The notes under the pieces are model-generated. The model was not told the origin of the DNA. It did no database searches and saw only the letters and a list, made by a program, of their open reading frames with translations. DNA of 64,000 nt from the human T2T-CHM13v2.0 reference genome, Homo sapiens, in assembly GCF_009914755.1 (NCBI RefSeq), contig NC_060947.1; one strand, 5' to 3'. Position 1 is the first letter of the stretch; every line of letters starts with the position of its first letter. This document shows, piece by piece, positions 49,251 to 64,000 of the stretch. The position numbers and the translations under genes are program-made.

Positions 49251-51159
49251 TGTCTATATTCCTCCAGTGCTAGTTATCAATAAAAGCATCCATGATCATT
49301 GTAACTGTTTTTACAATCAGATCTTCTGTTCCTCAAAGCTTGTAGCAAAGTATTTATCATAAAGAAATTAAACCTGAATATTGTTAGACCTCCTGTCCCT
49401 TATCCTTTTTTCCCTGTTTATCAGCCTATTCCACCCTTTCCTTCCTTCCCAACCCAATGCCCATCACAGTACTTATTTTTACTACTCTTCTACCTCATCC
49501 TCTAGTGCCTGGCTCCACTGTCCTGGAGAAACCCCAACTCTGGATAAATCTCAAGTATCTACGACTTTCTATACCTTTGTTGTTTAGTGCACCTGGGAAA
49601 ATTAATCATATTGTTCTAACTGTCGACACTGTAAATGTGTCTTTCTCAATATCAGCACAGTCCCCTGAACTGAAAGCAGGTAACCTTTGATATCTTTATA
49701 ATCTGGATATTTCACAAGGGTGCACCTTCACACAATGATCCTCTGAATTGAAACTAGGTTTATCTATTATCTTAAGTATTTAATGTACCTCTGGACCTCC
49801 TAGATAAGTCAGAGTTTGGCTTCTGCCTAAAGCTTTACTTTTTAATCTGGAGCAGAAGCCAAACAGTTGTCAGACCTCTAGCAATCATTAGGACACGTGT
49901 TGAGAATTTCTGGCTTTTCTTTCCTGGGAAACATGAGTTCTGCTACTGCAGATGTAGGTGCTCACTGATGCTCACTGATGGACACAAGTCAGGAATTCTT
50001 ACTCACTGAAGAGCTGTTTTGTGCCTGAGCACATCTAGGATTGTTCCATTTTCATATAACAAGGAATTCAACTAAAACTAACTTAATAAGGAAATTAATT
50101 ATCCAATGATTGTAAGTACTGACGTAGGGCAGCCTTGATGGTTGTTTAATTCAGCGAAGGACTCAGCTTTTTTCCGTCTCTTTCTTCTGCCATTCACAAT
50201 ATCAACTTCCGTCCTAAGGCTGATAGCTTGATGGCTACAACAATTCCAGGAGGTAAGCAACTTCCTGAGGAAGAAGAAAAGACAATCTTTTCTGATGACT
50301 TTGTCTTATGAATGAGGACACTTTCCTCAGAAGTCCATCTGTAACCTTCCCCTAATGTCACATTGAGTGGAATTTGATCAATGCCTCTTCCTAAACAAGA
50401 GAGTACCAAGGGGATAGATTATCCGTAGACCAAAGAGACTCACTCTTGGAAATGGAATTAGCCTCTCTGTGACATGTGACTAAAAGGAGGAGAAAGTCAG
50501 TAACCTGCAGTGGCAACTATGCAAAAATGGCATCCTTTTAGTAAAGGGTTATGGTAAGCAACACAGAATATACAAAGCACTGAGGCTACAGCACAAAGAG
50601 CACAGTGACACTGACTTAGCAATTATGACCTTTAAAAACCATGTAGTTCTCATCTATTCTTTCTTGCTTTCTCCAGCCCACTCCATAATAGGAATAGATC
50701 AGAAATTTTAAAAGAACTAGAAAGATCTGATATACACATGTTGTGCAGGATATCAAATAGTTTTCTCAGTATACACAATAATCCTGTAAAGTAGTTAATG
50801 CCAGCTCCCTTTTAAGGATGAAGAAACTGGGTTATAAAGACGTTAAGTACCTTTGCTAAAGTTACACAAATAGTGACAAAGTCTGTATTCAGACTTTGGA
50901 CTGTCTGGCTCTGAAATCTGGGTACTCCCAACTCTTCTGTACAAACTCCCTTTAGAATGTACTCCCAGGGCTCAGAAACTAGTTACTCTAGTCTAAGCAA
51001 GCACTTAACAATCATTAGGCAGTTAATGTAAACTATAGATTCTAATAGTATCATGCACTGCCTCTTGATGGTGGTGGTGGTGGTAGTGACATAGACAACT
51101 TTTCTCTCCTAGCATTAAGTTACAGTTCCTCAGACTTCATTACCAATAATATATATATT

Positions 51160-51367
<208 letters not shown>

Positions 51368-51515
51368 TGAGATGTCAGGTTCAGGGAGCCCCATAAATTT
51401 CCTGTACCTGGGAGTGAAAAGAGCTAATATTTATGGAGCAGCTGGGTTTTCCAGGGCAACCTAATTCCCAGATGTGATGTTCAGCAGAAAAGAAGCAGAC
51501 AAAAGCAATGTGCAC

Positions 51516-51518
<3 letters not shown>

Positions 51519-51548
<30 letters not shown>

Positions 51549-51666
51549 AGAGAGGGGGTCTTGCTATGTTGCCTAGGCTGCTCTTGAGCTCCTGGACTTA
51601 AGCGATCCTCCCACCTTGGACTCCCAAAGTGCTGAGATTAAAGGTGTGAGCCACCACACCCAGCCC
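51519..51666 (-). mobile_element. FLAM/Alu monomer with poly-T
   Basis: Single left-monomer reverse complement after a long T run. Confidence 0.85.
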
Positions 51667-52536
51667 ATTTTAAATTTTTTATTTTTTATTTTTCACTGCT
51701 CTTTAGCTTCCCTGTTAAAACCCATAGCCAGACTTCCAGTTTCAGTTCCAACATGTAAGAACTTGTAAGTCATTGCTCCTGTACTTACAACCAGAAAAAA
51801 ATCTGAACAAACAGAATCAACAACATTTCTTAGATTCTTCAAAGAACTGAGGCATAGGACAGTTGACTACCCCAAATTCTGAAGGCAAATCCAGAGAGTC
51901 ACAGCCTATTTCTTCTTTCATAGAACAGAAACTGCTAGAGACATAAATAGGTAAGAGCACTTAAATGTAATTTTGATGAATTGCTGGAGACTGAGTGTGG
52001 AATAATATGAGAGTGAGAAACCCCTGAGGATCTGCAGTCAGGGAGGTCCCCACACTTTTGTGGGCATTACTTCCAAGAAACCCACCATATTCTTGCAGTG
52101 AAGGGCCTCATGGCCCCTGCAGTGGGAAGGGAACTGTACTTTTGTGAAATACACCCAGAGCCTTCTTCATTTTTTAAAAAAAAAGCCTATTCTGTGGTGG
52201 AAAAGACTTTATCAGAGCCTTATCTCAGCTGAGGGAAAGGCGTTTCTCCTATTTCAGCCCCCTTTAGGTTTCTAGTCTCATGTAAGGGAGAGAAAGGCGC
52301 TAAAATAAAACTCTTATGAAAATCAAAGCCCAGGGACACAGGCCCACAAAAGACTGAAATTTAATCATAATATTATAGAACACTTCCTCTCCTCTGCACT
52401 TCACCACCATGCTAACAAGGCTTTATTATAATAATAGTGGATAACAGTGAATAACAGTTAAAAGAGCTGCAAAATGTAAACTCTCCCTGAGAAGAATATT
52501 TAGGGAAATGCTAGAAATCAAAAATACTGTAACAGA

Positions 52537-53393
<857 letters not shown>

Positions 53394-53414
53394 AGCTTGA
53401 AGATAGGTCAATAG

Positions 53415-53874
53415 TGTAAACTAAAAAGTATGTAAGACATGTCTCAATTGATTTAGAAGTTTATTTTGCCAAGGTGAAGACATTCCCAGAAGAAAAGAGC
53501 ATGGAATCACAGAAACAGTCTGTGGTCTGTGCCTTTATCCAAAGATAATTTTGAGGGCTTCAATATTTAAATGGAAACAGCAGGCTAGAGGGGAAGAGGG
53601 AGGGTACAGTAATCCACATGATGCAAGGGAAAAGGAGCAGAAACAGGAATAGTCAATTCTGTATTCCTCTGGCTCACAGTAAATCAGCACTTTACATAAG
53701 GTAAGGAAAATGTGTAATATCTACCTGTGGAGATATTTAACCTTTTATCTGTAGCTATCTGCTTAGGAACAAAAAAAAAAAGAAAGGTATTTTATTGCAT
53801 GACTCAGCTTTCAGCTTAATATTTTCCTTTTGGCATAGTGAATCAGGGTCCTGGGTTTTTATTTTCTTTTCACA
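53415..53874 (-). mobile_element. MER4-group ERV1 solo LTR
   Basis: TG...CA termini, 4-bp TSD ATAG, AGTTTATTTTGCCAAGG motif. Confidence 0.85.
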
Positions 53875-54119
53875 ATAGAAACTTCCAAATTGAAATGAAA
53901 AAAAGAACTGAACATTGAAGCACTGTGGGATGATTTTGAAAGGTATAACATATGCATAGTTGGAATACTAGAAAGAAAACAGTGAATTTGGAGCAGAAGA
54001 AATATTTCAAATAATAACAGCTGAGAATTTTCCAAAATCAATGACAAACATCCAACCACAGATCCAGGAATTTTAGAAAATACTAAGCAGGATAAATACC
54101 AAAAAAGTCTACACCTAAG

Positions 54120-55099
54120 TGTTACCACTGGAAGGTATCCAAGTTACCAACAGTGAATCCATACAGGTCTGCAGCAAACTCAATTCTTGCCTGCTCAGAA
54201 GAAAGAATTCGACCAAGGGGTACAAAGCAGAAAAAGAGACCGAGGCAAATTTCAGAGCAGGAGTGGAAGTTTATTTAAAAAGGCTTCAGGGGCCGGGCCC
54301 AGTGGCTCACGCCTGTAATCCCAGCACTTTGGGAGGCCGAGGCAGGCAGATCACAAGGTCAGGGGTTTGAGACCAGCCTGACCAACATGGTGAAACCCTG
54401 TCTCTACTAAAATAAAAAAATAAAAAAACCCAGCTGGGTGTGGTGGCACATGCCTGCAATCCTAGCTACTCAGGAGGCTGAGGCAGGATAATCACTTGAA
54501 CCCGGGAAGCGGAGGTTGCAGTGAGCTGAGATCACGCCACTCCAGCCTGGGCAACAGAGCGAGACTCCAACTCAAAAAAAAAAGAAAAAAAAAGGCTTCA
54601 GAACAGGAGAGAAAGGGGAGTACGCTTGGAAGAGACCCAAGCGTGCAACTTGAAGGACAAGCACACTGTTTAACTTTGATCCTAGGATTTTATAGGCTGG
54701 TTCCTTTCCCGTGATTCCTCCGTTAGTGTGGGCTGCCCGCATGCAAGGTGCCCTCCTTACCCTTGGGAAGTGAGCACGCACAGTGTGTTTAGAAAGTTGC
54801 ATGCATGCCCATCTGAGGCTTTCTTCCCTTTTCCAGTGGAGTGCCCCCAGAAGGTCATACTCTGTCATCCTGTCTCTTAATGCATATGCCTGGGAAATTG
54901 CTTCTCCCTGGTATCCGCATTCAATTAACACTTTAGTGAAATAGGTGTGGACTATCAGGAAATGGCCTGTCCTTCATGCCAGCTGCCAACTATCACTTTT
55001 AAAGAGGCAATGGGATAATTGCGGAACCATCACCTGACATTCCTAGTGGGTGGGGGGAGAGCCCTCTCTTGCCCTGCTCATGCCTGTCTACCTGTAACA
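54120..55099 (-). mobile_element. ERV1 3' LTR (MER50-like), split by an Alu
   Basis: TGTTAC...TGTAACA termini; followed by TTCCACCCTC (reverse-complement polypurine tract). Confidence 0.8.
54291..54590 (+). mobile_element. Alu (AluS-type) inside the LTR
   Basis: TSD AAAAAGGCTTCAG. Confidence 0.95.
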
Positions 55100-56106
55100 T
55101 TCCACCCTCAAGAGCCCAAGACCCCAAATCTTTGGGGAAAAATGGACAAAAGTCAGTCTTCTGTAACTGCTTTCCACTGACAAAGGGACAATGGTGGTTC
55201 AGTGGGTCTTGGACTCTTGCTAGCTGACAGGGCAGGAACGTCATTCCGTGGATTGGTGAAAGCAGTATCTAGCCAGATCCAAGGGAGTCAGGGGCAGGAT
55301 TTTGCCACCTTCCTGTCCCACTGATGATCAGTCTAGGGGTCCCCTGTAGAAGGGTGTCTCTTGAATATTGAGAGGATGATATCCCTCACTGAAGATCATC
55401 TGGAGCTTGATGACCCATCCTTTTTGTTTCTTCTGAGCTGCATCAAGAGATCACTGGTTGGTTTACAGGAATAAGCAGGGTTAGTCCAAAATGCAGACAA
55501 AAACTTAAAAACAACTGATGAGACTAGATTCTAATAGTAGGTATATAATAATTTTTGAAAAATATTTTTCTCTCTCCAGTCCTCGTGATTTTTTTAAAAA
55601 TTATGATAGGACTGATTTGTTTGGAAAGTAAACTTTAGTCTTATTATACTTAGCCTGATTATTTGCATAAAGCCCAGCAAGAATAATTTTTTTTCACATA
55701 GGCTTTTAAAATTTGCTTTGATGGAACTCTGTTCCATAAGTAATCTCAGATAAGACTTTTTAAAACTGAGCTCACCCATGGGTTTGTACCTTCAAATACC
55801 TATGAGTTGAGTAAATTTCTCTTTTTTTGAGGTTCCAAAATAACTTGGGGTTCCTAGGCCTGTCAGAAAATGACATTCTTTACATACCACAGGTCAGGAA
55901 CCCTGTACAGGGACTGTGTAGACAAGGTATGAGGCCAGTTTTCCCAAAGGGCTTTTATTGGCTCTATAAGTCAAGCTTGATTCCTTAAATGAAGACATGT
56001 CATTCCAGTCAAAGACTTGGTAAAACAACCAGTTTCTCCCATTGCCCTGTTGCAAAAGAAAGCATTCTTATTGCACTTATGCAAATAACTATATTGCCAT
56101 AAGTTA

Positions 56107-56427
<321 letters not shown>

Positions 56428-56734
56428 TCACAAATTGTTTCCAAATTCTGGAAAAATCAGGTAGCGAGAAAGGAATACGCTCCAAATTTTCTTCACAGGA
56501 GTATACTTTACTCAATTGTTAAAAGCTGTAAATAACTCAAAAGAAAAGTTTTCTTGAATCTGAAAAACAAAGGATCAGCAACATTTTAAGCAAAATGTTA
56601 AAAAAAAAAAAGATGACTTCAGTCTTTTATTAGTTTTGTCCATTCAGTTAACCCCTGTTCTGCTTGATATTCATGAACATTTCAGCTCTCCATGAAAGTC
56701 CTGAAACGTATTTTTTCCTTTATTTTAATGTCAC

Positions 56735-57186
56735 TTTCACTCGCATCCGTGTGAAGAGACCACCAAACAGGCTTTGTGTGAGCAACAAGGCTGTTTATTT
56801 CACCTAGGTGCAGGCGGGCTGAGTCCGAAAAGAGAGTCAGCGAAGGGAGATAGGGGTGGAGCCGTTTTATAGGATTTGGGTAGGTAAAGGAAAATTACAG
56901 TCAAAGGGGGTTGTTCTCTGACTGGCAGGGGCGGGGGTTACAAGGTGCTCAGTGGGGGAACTTTTGAGCCAGGATGAGCCAGGAGAAGGAATTTCATAAG
57001 ATAATGTCATCAGTTAAGGCAGGGACCGGCCATTTTCACTTCTTTTGTGGTGCAATGTCATCAGTTAAGGCAAGAACAGGCCATTTTCACTTCTTTTGTG
57101 ATTCTTCAGTTACTTCAGGCCATCTGGATGTATACGTGCAGGTCACAGGGGATATGATGGCTTAGCTTGGGCTCAGAGGCCTGACA
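56735..57186 (-). mobile_element. HERV-H solo LTR (LTR7 family), 452 bp
   Basis: Reverse complement starts TGTCAGGCCTCTGAGCCCAAGCTAAGCC and ends CACACGGATGCGAGTGAAA; 5-bp TSD GTCAC. Confidence 0.95.
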
Positions 57187-57285
57187 GTCACAATCTCCAA
57201 AGTTACCAGAAACTTGCATTCAGGAACACCTGTCAGTTCTATAGCTGATTATAAAACACCATTTAAAGAGGATCAAAACAAGACA

Positions 57286-57590
<305 letters not shown>

Positions 57591-58352
57591 AATAACAAGA
57601 CAATTGTCTGTGGATGATGAAAAGTCCTAGGGCAGCCACAGTTAAAGACACATTGACAAGGAAATTTCTTACCTCTGTGGCACACAATAATTTTACATAA
57701 CAGTTCTAATTATTAATAATACCCACTAAGTTATATCAGAGTCTCATAATTTTGGAACACATATTAATAACATATTTATGCAAATACAGCCCAAAGAAAG
57801 CCAAATACAATTTCATATTTGACAATGCTTCCTTATACCAAATAAGCCAACTATGTCATTTTTGGACTTTAGAGGACCTAATATCTAAAACATTAATTAG
57901 GTCAGAAATAGACATGATTTATAATTTAATTTTGGAAAGTTTGTCAAATATCAAAGATTTTAAACATTTGATATTATAAAATAAAATCCCAGGTCACCAT
58001 AAGTCATTCACTTAGCCAACCTATAGTTTATTTGAAAGGCAAACAAAAATCTTTCATTATTTTTTAATATTACACGAAAATCTTGTTCAAGAGAGAAAGC
58101 TAAATTTCACCTTTGCATTAGTGTCAAACCGAATTCTTAATAAAATGTTATAGACAAATCTATCTAATTTTAATGTCCGACCATAAGGTAAGATTCTCAT
58201 AAACCTTTTATAACACTTTACAACTTCTTTTGTTAAAGAGCAGATCAGTGCTCCAAGAAAACTCTGTTGTGCTTTTATTCCAATGTTCAACTTACGGAAA
58301 AACTGTATAATACCCCTTTAACTTTAGCCAATATGTTTACACACAGAATCTC

Positions 58353-58656
58353 TTTTTTTTTTTTTTTTTTTGAGACGACGTCTTGCTCTCTTGCCCAGGC
58401 TGGAGTGCAGTGGCACCATCTCAGCTCACTGCAAGCTCCGCCTCCTGGGTTCAAGCAATTCTCTGCCTCAGCCTCCCCAGTAGCTGGGACTACAGGCACC
58501 CGCCACCACACCTGGCTAATTTTTTTTTTTGTATTTTTAGTAGAGACAGGGTTTCACCGTGTTAGCCAGGATGGTCTCGATCTCCTGACCTTGTGATCCG
58601 CCTGCCTCGGCCTCCCAAAGTGCTGGGATTACAGGCGCGAGCCACCGCGCCCGGCT
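58353..58656 (-). mobile_element. Alu (AluSc/Y-like)
   Basis: TSD GAATCTCTTTT. Confidence 0.95.
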
Positions 58657-61262
58657 GAATCTCTTTTGCAATATATTTTTCACAAACTTTCCACAACTTG
58701 TTCAAGCCCTCAGATGTTTCCTATCTAACTTAAAATAATCCTTTAACCCTCTAAACTAGGCAAGAAATCCACATTCCCATTCCTTCTTGTAATCTTTTAC
58801 CATATGCACATTTTACTTTCCTTGCACACCTTGCATGTAAAACTGTTTCTTTAGTAGTTTCAAATACATGTTACACTGTTGACTCTTAGCAACTTTTGCT
58901 GAAAAACCTGGTTAGTAAGCTATTTTAATTATGTACTAGATTTGGAGCCTAGGACACCAGACAGAAGTGCAGATAAGGTCTCTTTCCAGCATAGCTAGGG
59001 ATATGGCTAACTCCACATGTCGTTAGGCCTTATCTAGTGGTAAAGCAGGCAAGTCGAACAATTTTCAAAAGCCAAAGAAGCAGTTTATGACCTTAAAGCA
59101 TTTAGCAAACCTAATATCTGACTTGCATAATTTAGACCAAATGTCTAAATTTTTGAAGATATTTTTATTTTACCAATAATCCTAAAACTGTCTTTATTTC
59201 CCAAAGATTATTTAGGTCACATGAACTAAAAGGCATTACAGTTTAAATTTTCTGACAATATTTAAGCATTTATTTTTTAACACCAATTAATTAGAGCTCT
59301 TTTATATAAACATCATCACACACAACACATATGAATACATAGAAGATTCAGTAGTTGTAAGATTTTTCATTTGCCACTTTTTGTTTCTTAATTGGATTAT
59401 TGGCTTCAGGGTGGAGTCTTTGGAAGAACAGCGTGGAGAAAGCATACAGTTTCCAGAGCCTAATAAGCAGATACAGCTGGAAGGCAAAAATGGATCCCCA
59501 AAATTAAGGGACCATCGTTATAGTGGATCCTGAATCCCCAAAAGAGAAATGCTACGGAGCAAGACAGTACAATGATTTTACCATACATTTCATTGCAAAG
59601 TGATCCAATGCCAATCAGCCCATTCCCCATGGGAATCTTATCTCTCAGTGGGGGCTGGGGATGTTGCCGTACCTTCCAGGTGGCCAAGAGCATGCTTCTC
59701 TGATCCAAATGTGCAAGTATTCCTCCATAACTGCCATTAGCCATCCATATATTTCCTACCTGGTTATTACCAAAGTTCTTTCATAATGTGAAGTAATTTC
59801 TGAAACTCCCAAAAGTGAAAAACAGGTAACGCAATGCAAACAGAACAGAGCCTTAGATTTTAAGAGGGATCTATCCACTTTCAATTCCTGGGGTTCCATG
59901 AGGAAACCAGAGGTTTTTCCCAAAACGGGGTCTGTGGCACCTCCTCTTTTTTTCCCAAGGAGTCCCAAGCTGTTAGAAATTATCTTAGGTCCTTTCATGT
60001 GTGCATCAAGAGTGGCAAGAAGACAAAATAAGAAAAGCAATTCAGTTGACTGAGAACAAAAAACCTTTTTTTCTTCAGAAAAATAAGATTCAAGAAGAGA
60101 AAAAAACAAAGGCCTTTTAAATGTATGTATAGCTTGGATATCTGCTTTTAACTAAGCTGACTTTTAACCATAGTGTTCCTAAGAAAATCCTTTTAAATCT
60201 CTTATTACTTGACTTTAGCTTAGCCAAATAGCCAATACTTGTGGTTTTTGAACTTTACCAAAAGTAACCTCACAGGTGAAACCAATAAGCCTTAACTAAG
60301 GTTATGACTTATCCATGAGTGTATGACGTATGTTCAAAGAGGTGGTAAGCAGTTTTTACAAGATTTAGAGTCTACAAAGGTAGCTTCGACAAAGGAAAAT
60401 TCAAGAAGGGAAGTCAGAAGTCATTCATGGAGGGGCAGAGAATACATTGATTTCTACCATTCCTACTACTGGTTTGCATAGAAAGAGAGAAGCCAGAAGT
60501 CTGGTAAGAATTCCTACCAGTCTACCAGCATGCCTGGCTGCTGGCTTCTGGGTTCCCTTTCCCTGAGCAGCCCTAGCGACCCTGCTTGCCACACCCTGGG
60601 GACCAAGCCACAACACCAAGGAAAAATCATCTTTTTTCCATTTCATGGAAACTTTGAACTAGACAAAAGTCATTTTCTGTTAGAAAGTTAAGGTTTGTAC
60701 TGCATGTTGCCATGTGTGTCCTGAGAAGGGGGAGTAGATAAAGAAGTTGTCTACATACTGTAGAAGTTATCCCCTCTCAGGAGATTTCTCAGTTAGATTT
60801 TTGCTAGGGCTTGTCTGAATAAGTGTGGGCTATTTTAGACATTACCAGGGACCGGTGGGTGAATAGCAATTGGTCCCTTAAGTAATATAAAGGGGTGTGA
60901 ATCTTTTGTTTTGAGGGAGGGGATGCCATTTGCCCCACCTAACAGGCTTAGCCCTGTTCTCTTTATTCTACTCTGGGTTATAAAAGACATAAGAGGCTAA
61001 TCTGAGGACCTCCTGCACAGGGGTTCCAAGTCTGACTCTTGTAATTGCTTCCCAGTTTCTTTTTAAGCCAAGCAGTTTAAGGTTTGAGGAAATTAAAATT
61101 TTCCCAGTTTGGGGGAATGCATCCAAGGGGCAAGTCCTGTGGTATGGAGACACAATTTCCCATCTGCCATTTGCGAAGAGAGAACAGAGGAGGAAAAAGA
61201 GGAAAAGGGAAAAAGGTGTCCTCTCTTTCTTCCTATTATCCCAAATGGGGCATCCCCCATCA

Positions 61263-61685
61263 TCCTGGGTTCTAGACTTAACCATTCTTTACCATGTACC
61301 CATGGTCCCATCTCATTACAATTACCCACTTGAGAACAGAGAACAGAAGAGATACTGGAGTGAACAGTGAGCCCCTGTCCATCCCTGGGGTTCCAGAATT
61401 AACTGGTCCTTACTGTGTACCTGCCTAGCCTTTCATCTTTTTTCCAATGGTAATCCGTTAGGCTAGGACCACCCTTCTTGGGTTCCAGACTTAACCAGTC
61501 TTTACTCTGTATCCATGGTCCCATCTCATCACGATTACCCACTGGAGAATAGAGGAGATACTGGAGTGAACCGTGGGCCCCTGTCCATTCCTGGGGTTCT
61601 GGAATTAATTGGTTCTTACTGTGTAACCCCCTAGTGTTTCATTTCTGTTCCAATGGTAATCTGTCAGCCTGGGCCACCCTTCATC
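61263..61685. repeat. Two tandem ~214-bp units in the ERV leader
   Basis: GGGTT(C/T)AGACTTAACCA..., CCATGGTCCCATCTCAT and GATACTGGAGTGAAC each occur twice. Confidence 0.85.
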
Positions 61686-61705
61686 TCTGTCCTATGGGTC
61701 TCTTA

Positions 61706-62142
61706 TGTGAACCCTGAAAATTTGAGATAGGCCTCAGTTAATTTAGAAAGTTTATTTTGCCAAGGTTGAGGACACACGCCAGTGACACAGCCTCAGGAAG
61801 TCCTAAGGACATGTACCCAAGGTGGTTGGGGCACAGCTTGGTTTTATACATTTTAGGGAGAGATGAGATATCAATTAATATATGTAAGAAGTACATTGGT
61901 TCTGTCCAGAATGGTGGGGGCAACTGGAAGCAGGGAGGGGGCTTCCAGGTCACAGGTAGGTGAGAGACAAATGGTTGCATTCTTTTGAGTTTCTCATAAG
62001 CTTTTCCAAAGGAGGCAATCAGAATAAGCTTCTATCAGAGTGAGCAGAGGGATGACTTTGAATAGAATGGGAGGCAGATTTGCCCAGCTTGAGTGTTCCC
62101 TTTAGCTAGGATTTTGAGGGCACAAGATATTTTCCTTTCACA
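61706..62142 (-). mobile_element. MER4A-like solo LTR nested in the ERV
   Basis: TGTGAACCC...TTTCCTTTCACA termini; AGTTTATTTTGCCAAGGTTGAGGAC motif. Confidence 0.85.
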
Positions 62143-63224
62143 CTTTTATCAGTGGCCTTTAACCAGCCTATATCCTTGTCTCCATGGCCTTATAGTGACT
62201 CTCACTCAGAGGATTTTAGTAATAAAATAATTATCTTTTTTCTTAGAAGCCTGTTTCTCTGTTAACTGCCACAGCGGCTGGACTTCCCTCCCCACTCCCT
62301 TAGAATATGACCTTGAAGGTCTTGATGCACATTGAGAAGGGCATGGAAGTAATTCGAGAAATGGCGGCTATAGGAGGAAGTGGAAAGAAGCAAGAGGAAT
62401 ACTCATGGAAAGCCTTCATGTGCTCACAAAAACAGGAGCCCTTGTATTCAAGAGGGTAATATTTATTTGCCCTCTGAACATAAAGCCGTAACCTCTGAGG
62501 ACTTGGGGCCTGGGGTAAGAATTTCTCCTCCTCCCAAAGTGGTGGTGGCTTAAAAAGCAAGAGGGTGGGATTCTTGAAGGACCAGAGTGAAGCACTATGC
62601 AGGCAGACAAGCCGCTTTTAAAAGCCATCAGAAAACTTAGCGCTGGGGCATAATAGGAACAAAATGCACATGATGAGTTGTAAGAAACCGGCAGCACTGG
62701 AGTTCCAATTAGTGTTCTGGCCACATGCCAGCAGACAGGGGAAAGATGGAATGTCACCCGAGATAGTAAAAACAAATATAAACCTCGGGGGATATCCACA
62801 AGGGAGCCTGTGCCTTTGCTGCTGCAGAAATGCAGAGAGCCATGGGCGCATGAATAATAGGGAGTGTGTGTTTTAGAAGTCATGTGGCATGCAAAGTGAA
62901 AGCAAAGAAGCAGACTTTCACCCAAGGCAGAAGGTCTGGTGGGCGTGAAAAGCCATTTTAGAACACACACACAGAAAACAGAAGAATGGGTGGTATACAT
63001 TTTTGGAAAAGAGCCAATTTTAGTTGGAAAGAAAAAGCAGAGGAAATCCCAGACATTGCATGGTTTTTAGGCCTCAGCCTCACCACTCTCATAAGCCTCC
63101 TATCTAGGAGGGCCATTTAATGCTTCTGACCTACTTGGTGTGGACCCTAAGGTCCTTCCCACCCCCGCAAGCCACCCATTAGGGTGAGCTGAGAAATCAA
63201 CCACAAAAAGCAGAGTCACTTATG

Positions 63225-63772
63225 GAGAGAGAGAGAGACTGACAGAGAGAGAGAGATCGATTGATTGATTGATTGGGAGAATGTAAAGGAAGAGAACAAG
63301 AGTCTCTGCCTGGTAATCCAGGGAATTCTTCCGAATCTTAACCAAGACCAACAAGTGTTACTTCCACTAGTCTGCAAGAACCACAGTGTTATAGAGCTTG
63401 GGGCCCAAGTCCCTTAAAATACCTGTAAAGCCTTCCCCAGATTGTGAAGAGTATAATAAATTCATAACTTTTCAATGTCCAAAAATCAACCAACATCAAC
63501 AAGCATCAAGAGCAGCCAGGGAAGCATAACCTCACCAGACAAACTAAATAAGGCACCAGGGACCAATCTTGGAAAAACAGAGATGTGTGACCTTTCAGAC
63601 AGAGAAGTTGAAATAGCTGTTTTGAGGAAACTTAATGAAATTCAGGATACCACAGAGAAGGAATTCAAAATTCTATCATAAATTTAACAAAGACATTGAA
63701 AATAATTAAAAAGAATCAGGCAGAAATTTTGGAGCTGCATACTAAAGAATGCATTAATAGCAGAATTGATCA
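63225..63772 (+). mobile_element. L1 5'UTR-end/ORF1-start fragment nested in the ERV
   Basis: EMCDLSDREVEIAVLRKLNEIQD ORF1-like peptide. Confidence 0.75.
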
Positions 63773-63862
63773 CAAGAAAAAGAAAGAGAAGAAAAGAGAA
63801 AGGAAGGAAAGAAAGAAGAAAGAAAAGAAAAGAAAAAGAAAAGAAGAAAAGAAAAGAAAAAA
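63773..63862 (+). repeat. (GAAA)n-like A-rich tract
   Basis: Read directly from the sequence. Confidence 0.9.
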
Positions 63863-64000
63863 CTGCACACGGGGGTCAGATGCCTCCAACCAAAGAAGGC
63901 AAGGCATAGATATCTCTTAACATCTGAGTCACATGGCCAATATGTTACCGGTGGCAAATAACCGAGTCTCATGGTACCTAATATGTTAAGGGTAACAAGT

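Noticed and set aside
62416-63000. 194-aa minus-strand ORF in the ERV
   Set aside because: Lies in the leader upstream of the gag start and has no retroviral motifs.

Overview
Primate (almost certainly human) genomic DNA from the Xq22 ARMCX/GPRASP cluster. The only credible protein-coding gene is GPRASP2 (single-exon CDS 37819..40335, + strand, 838 aa). It has a CpG-island promoter (~34.9-36.1 kb), several inferred short non-coding 5' exons and an AATAAA at 40657. A second CpG-rich promoter/first-exon region at ~43.5-44.1 kb probably belongs to the next cluster gene (BHLHB9/GPRASP3, from recalled gene order; its CDS is not in the window). Almost everything else is transposon-derived: a U6 snRNA/L1 chimeric retrocopy (1..1763, -), a full-length but ORF-disrupted L1PA (~8824..14975, -), many older L1 fragments, about 14 Alu/FLAM elements, MaLR/MER21/MER54-like LTRs, MER1A, and a ~10 kb non-autonomous ERV1 provirus (54120..end, -) with nested Alus, a solo HERV-H LTR7, a MER4-type LTR and an L1 fragment. 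I found no convincing wholly new biological system. The best leads are a 152-codon extended ORF0 in the L1 antisense promoter facing GPRASP2, the long U6/L1 chimera, a 40-bp locally templated insertion, and the LTR7. Repeat subfamily names come from recalled consensus sequences and old-repeat boundaries are approximate.
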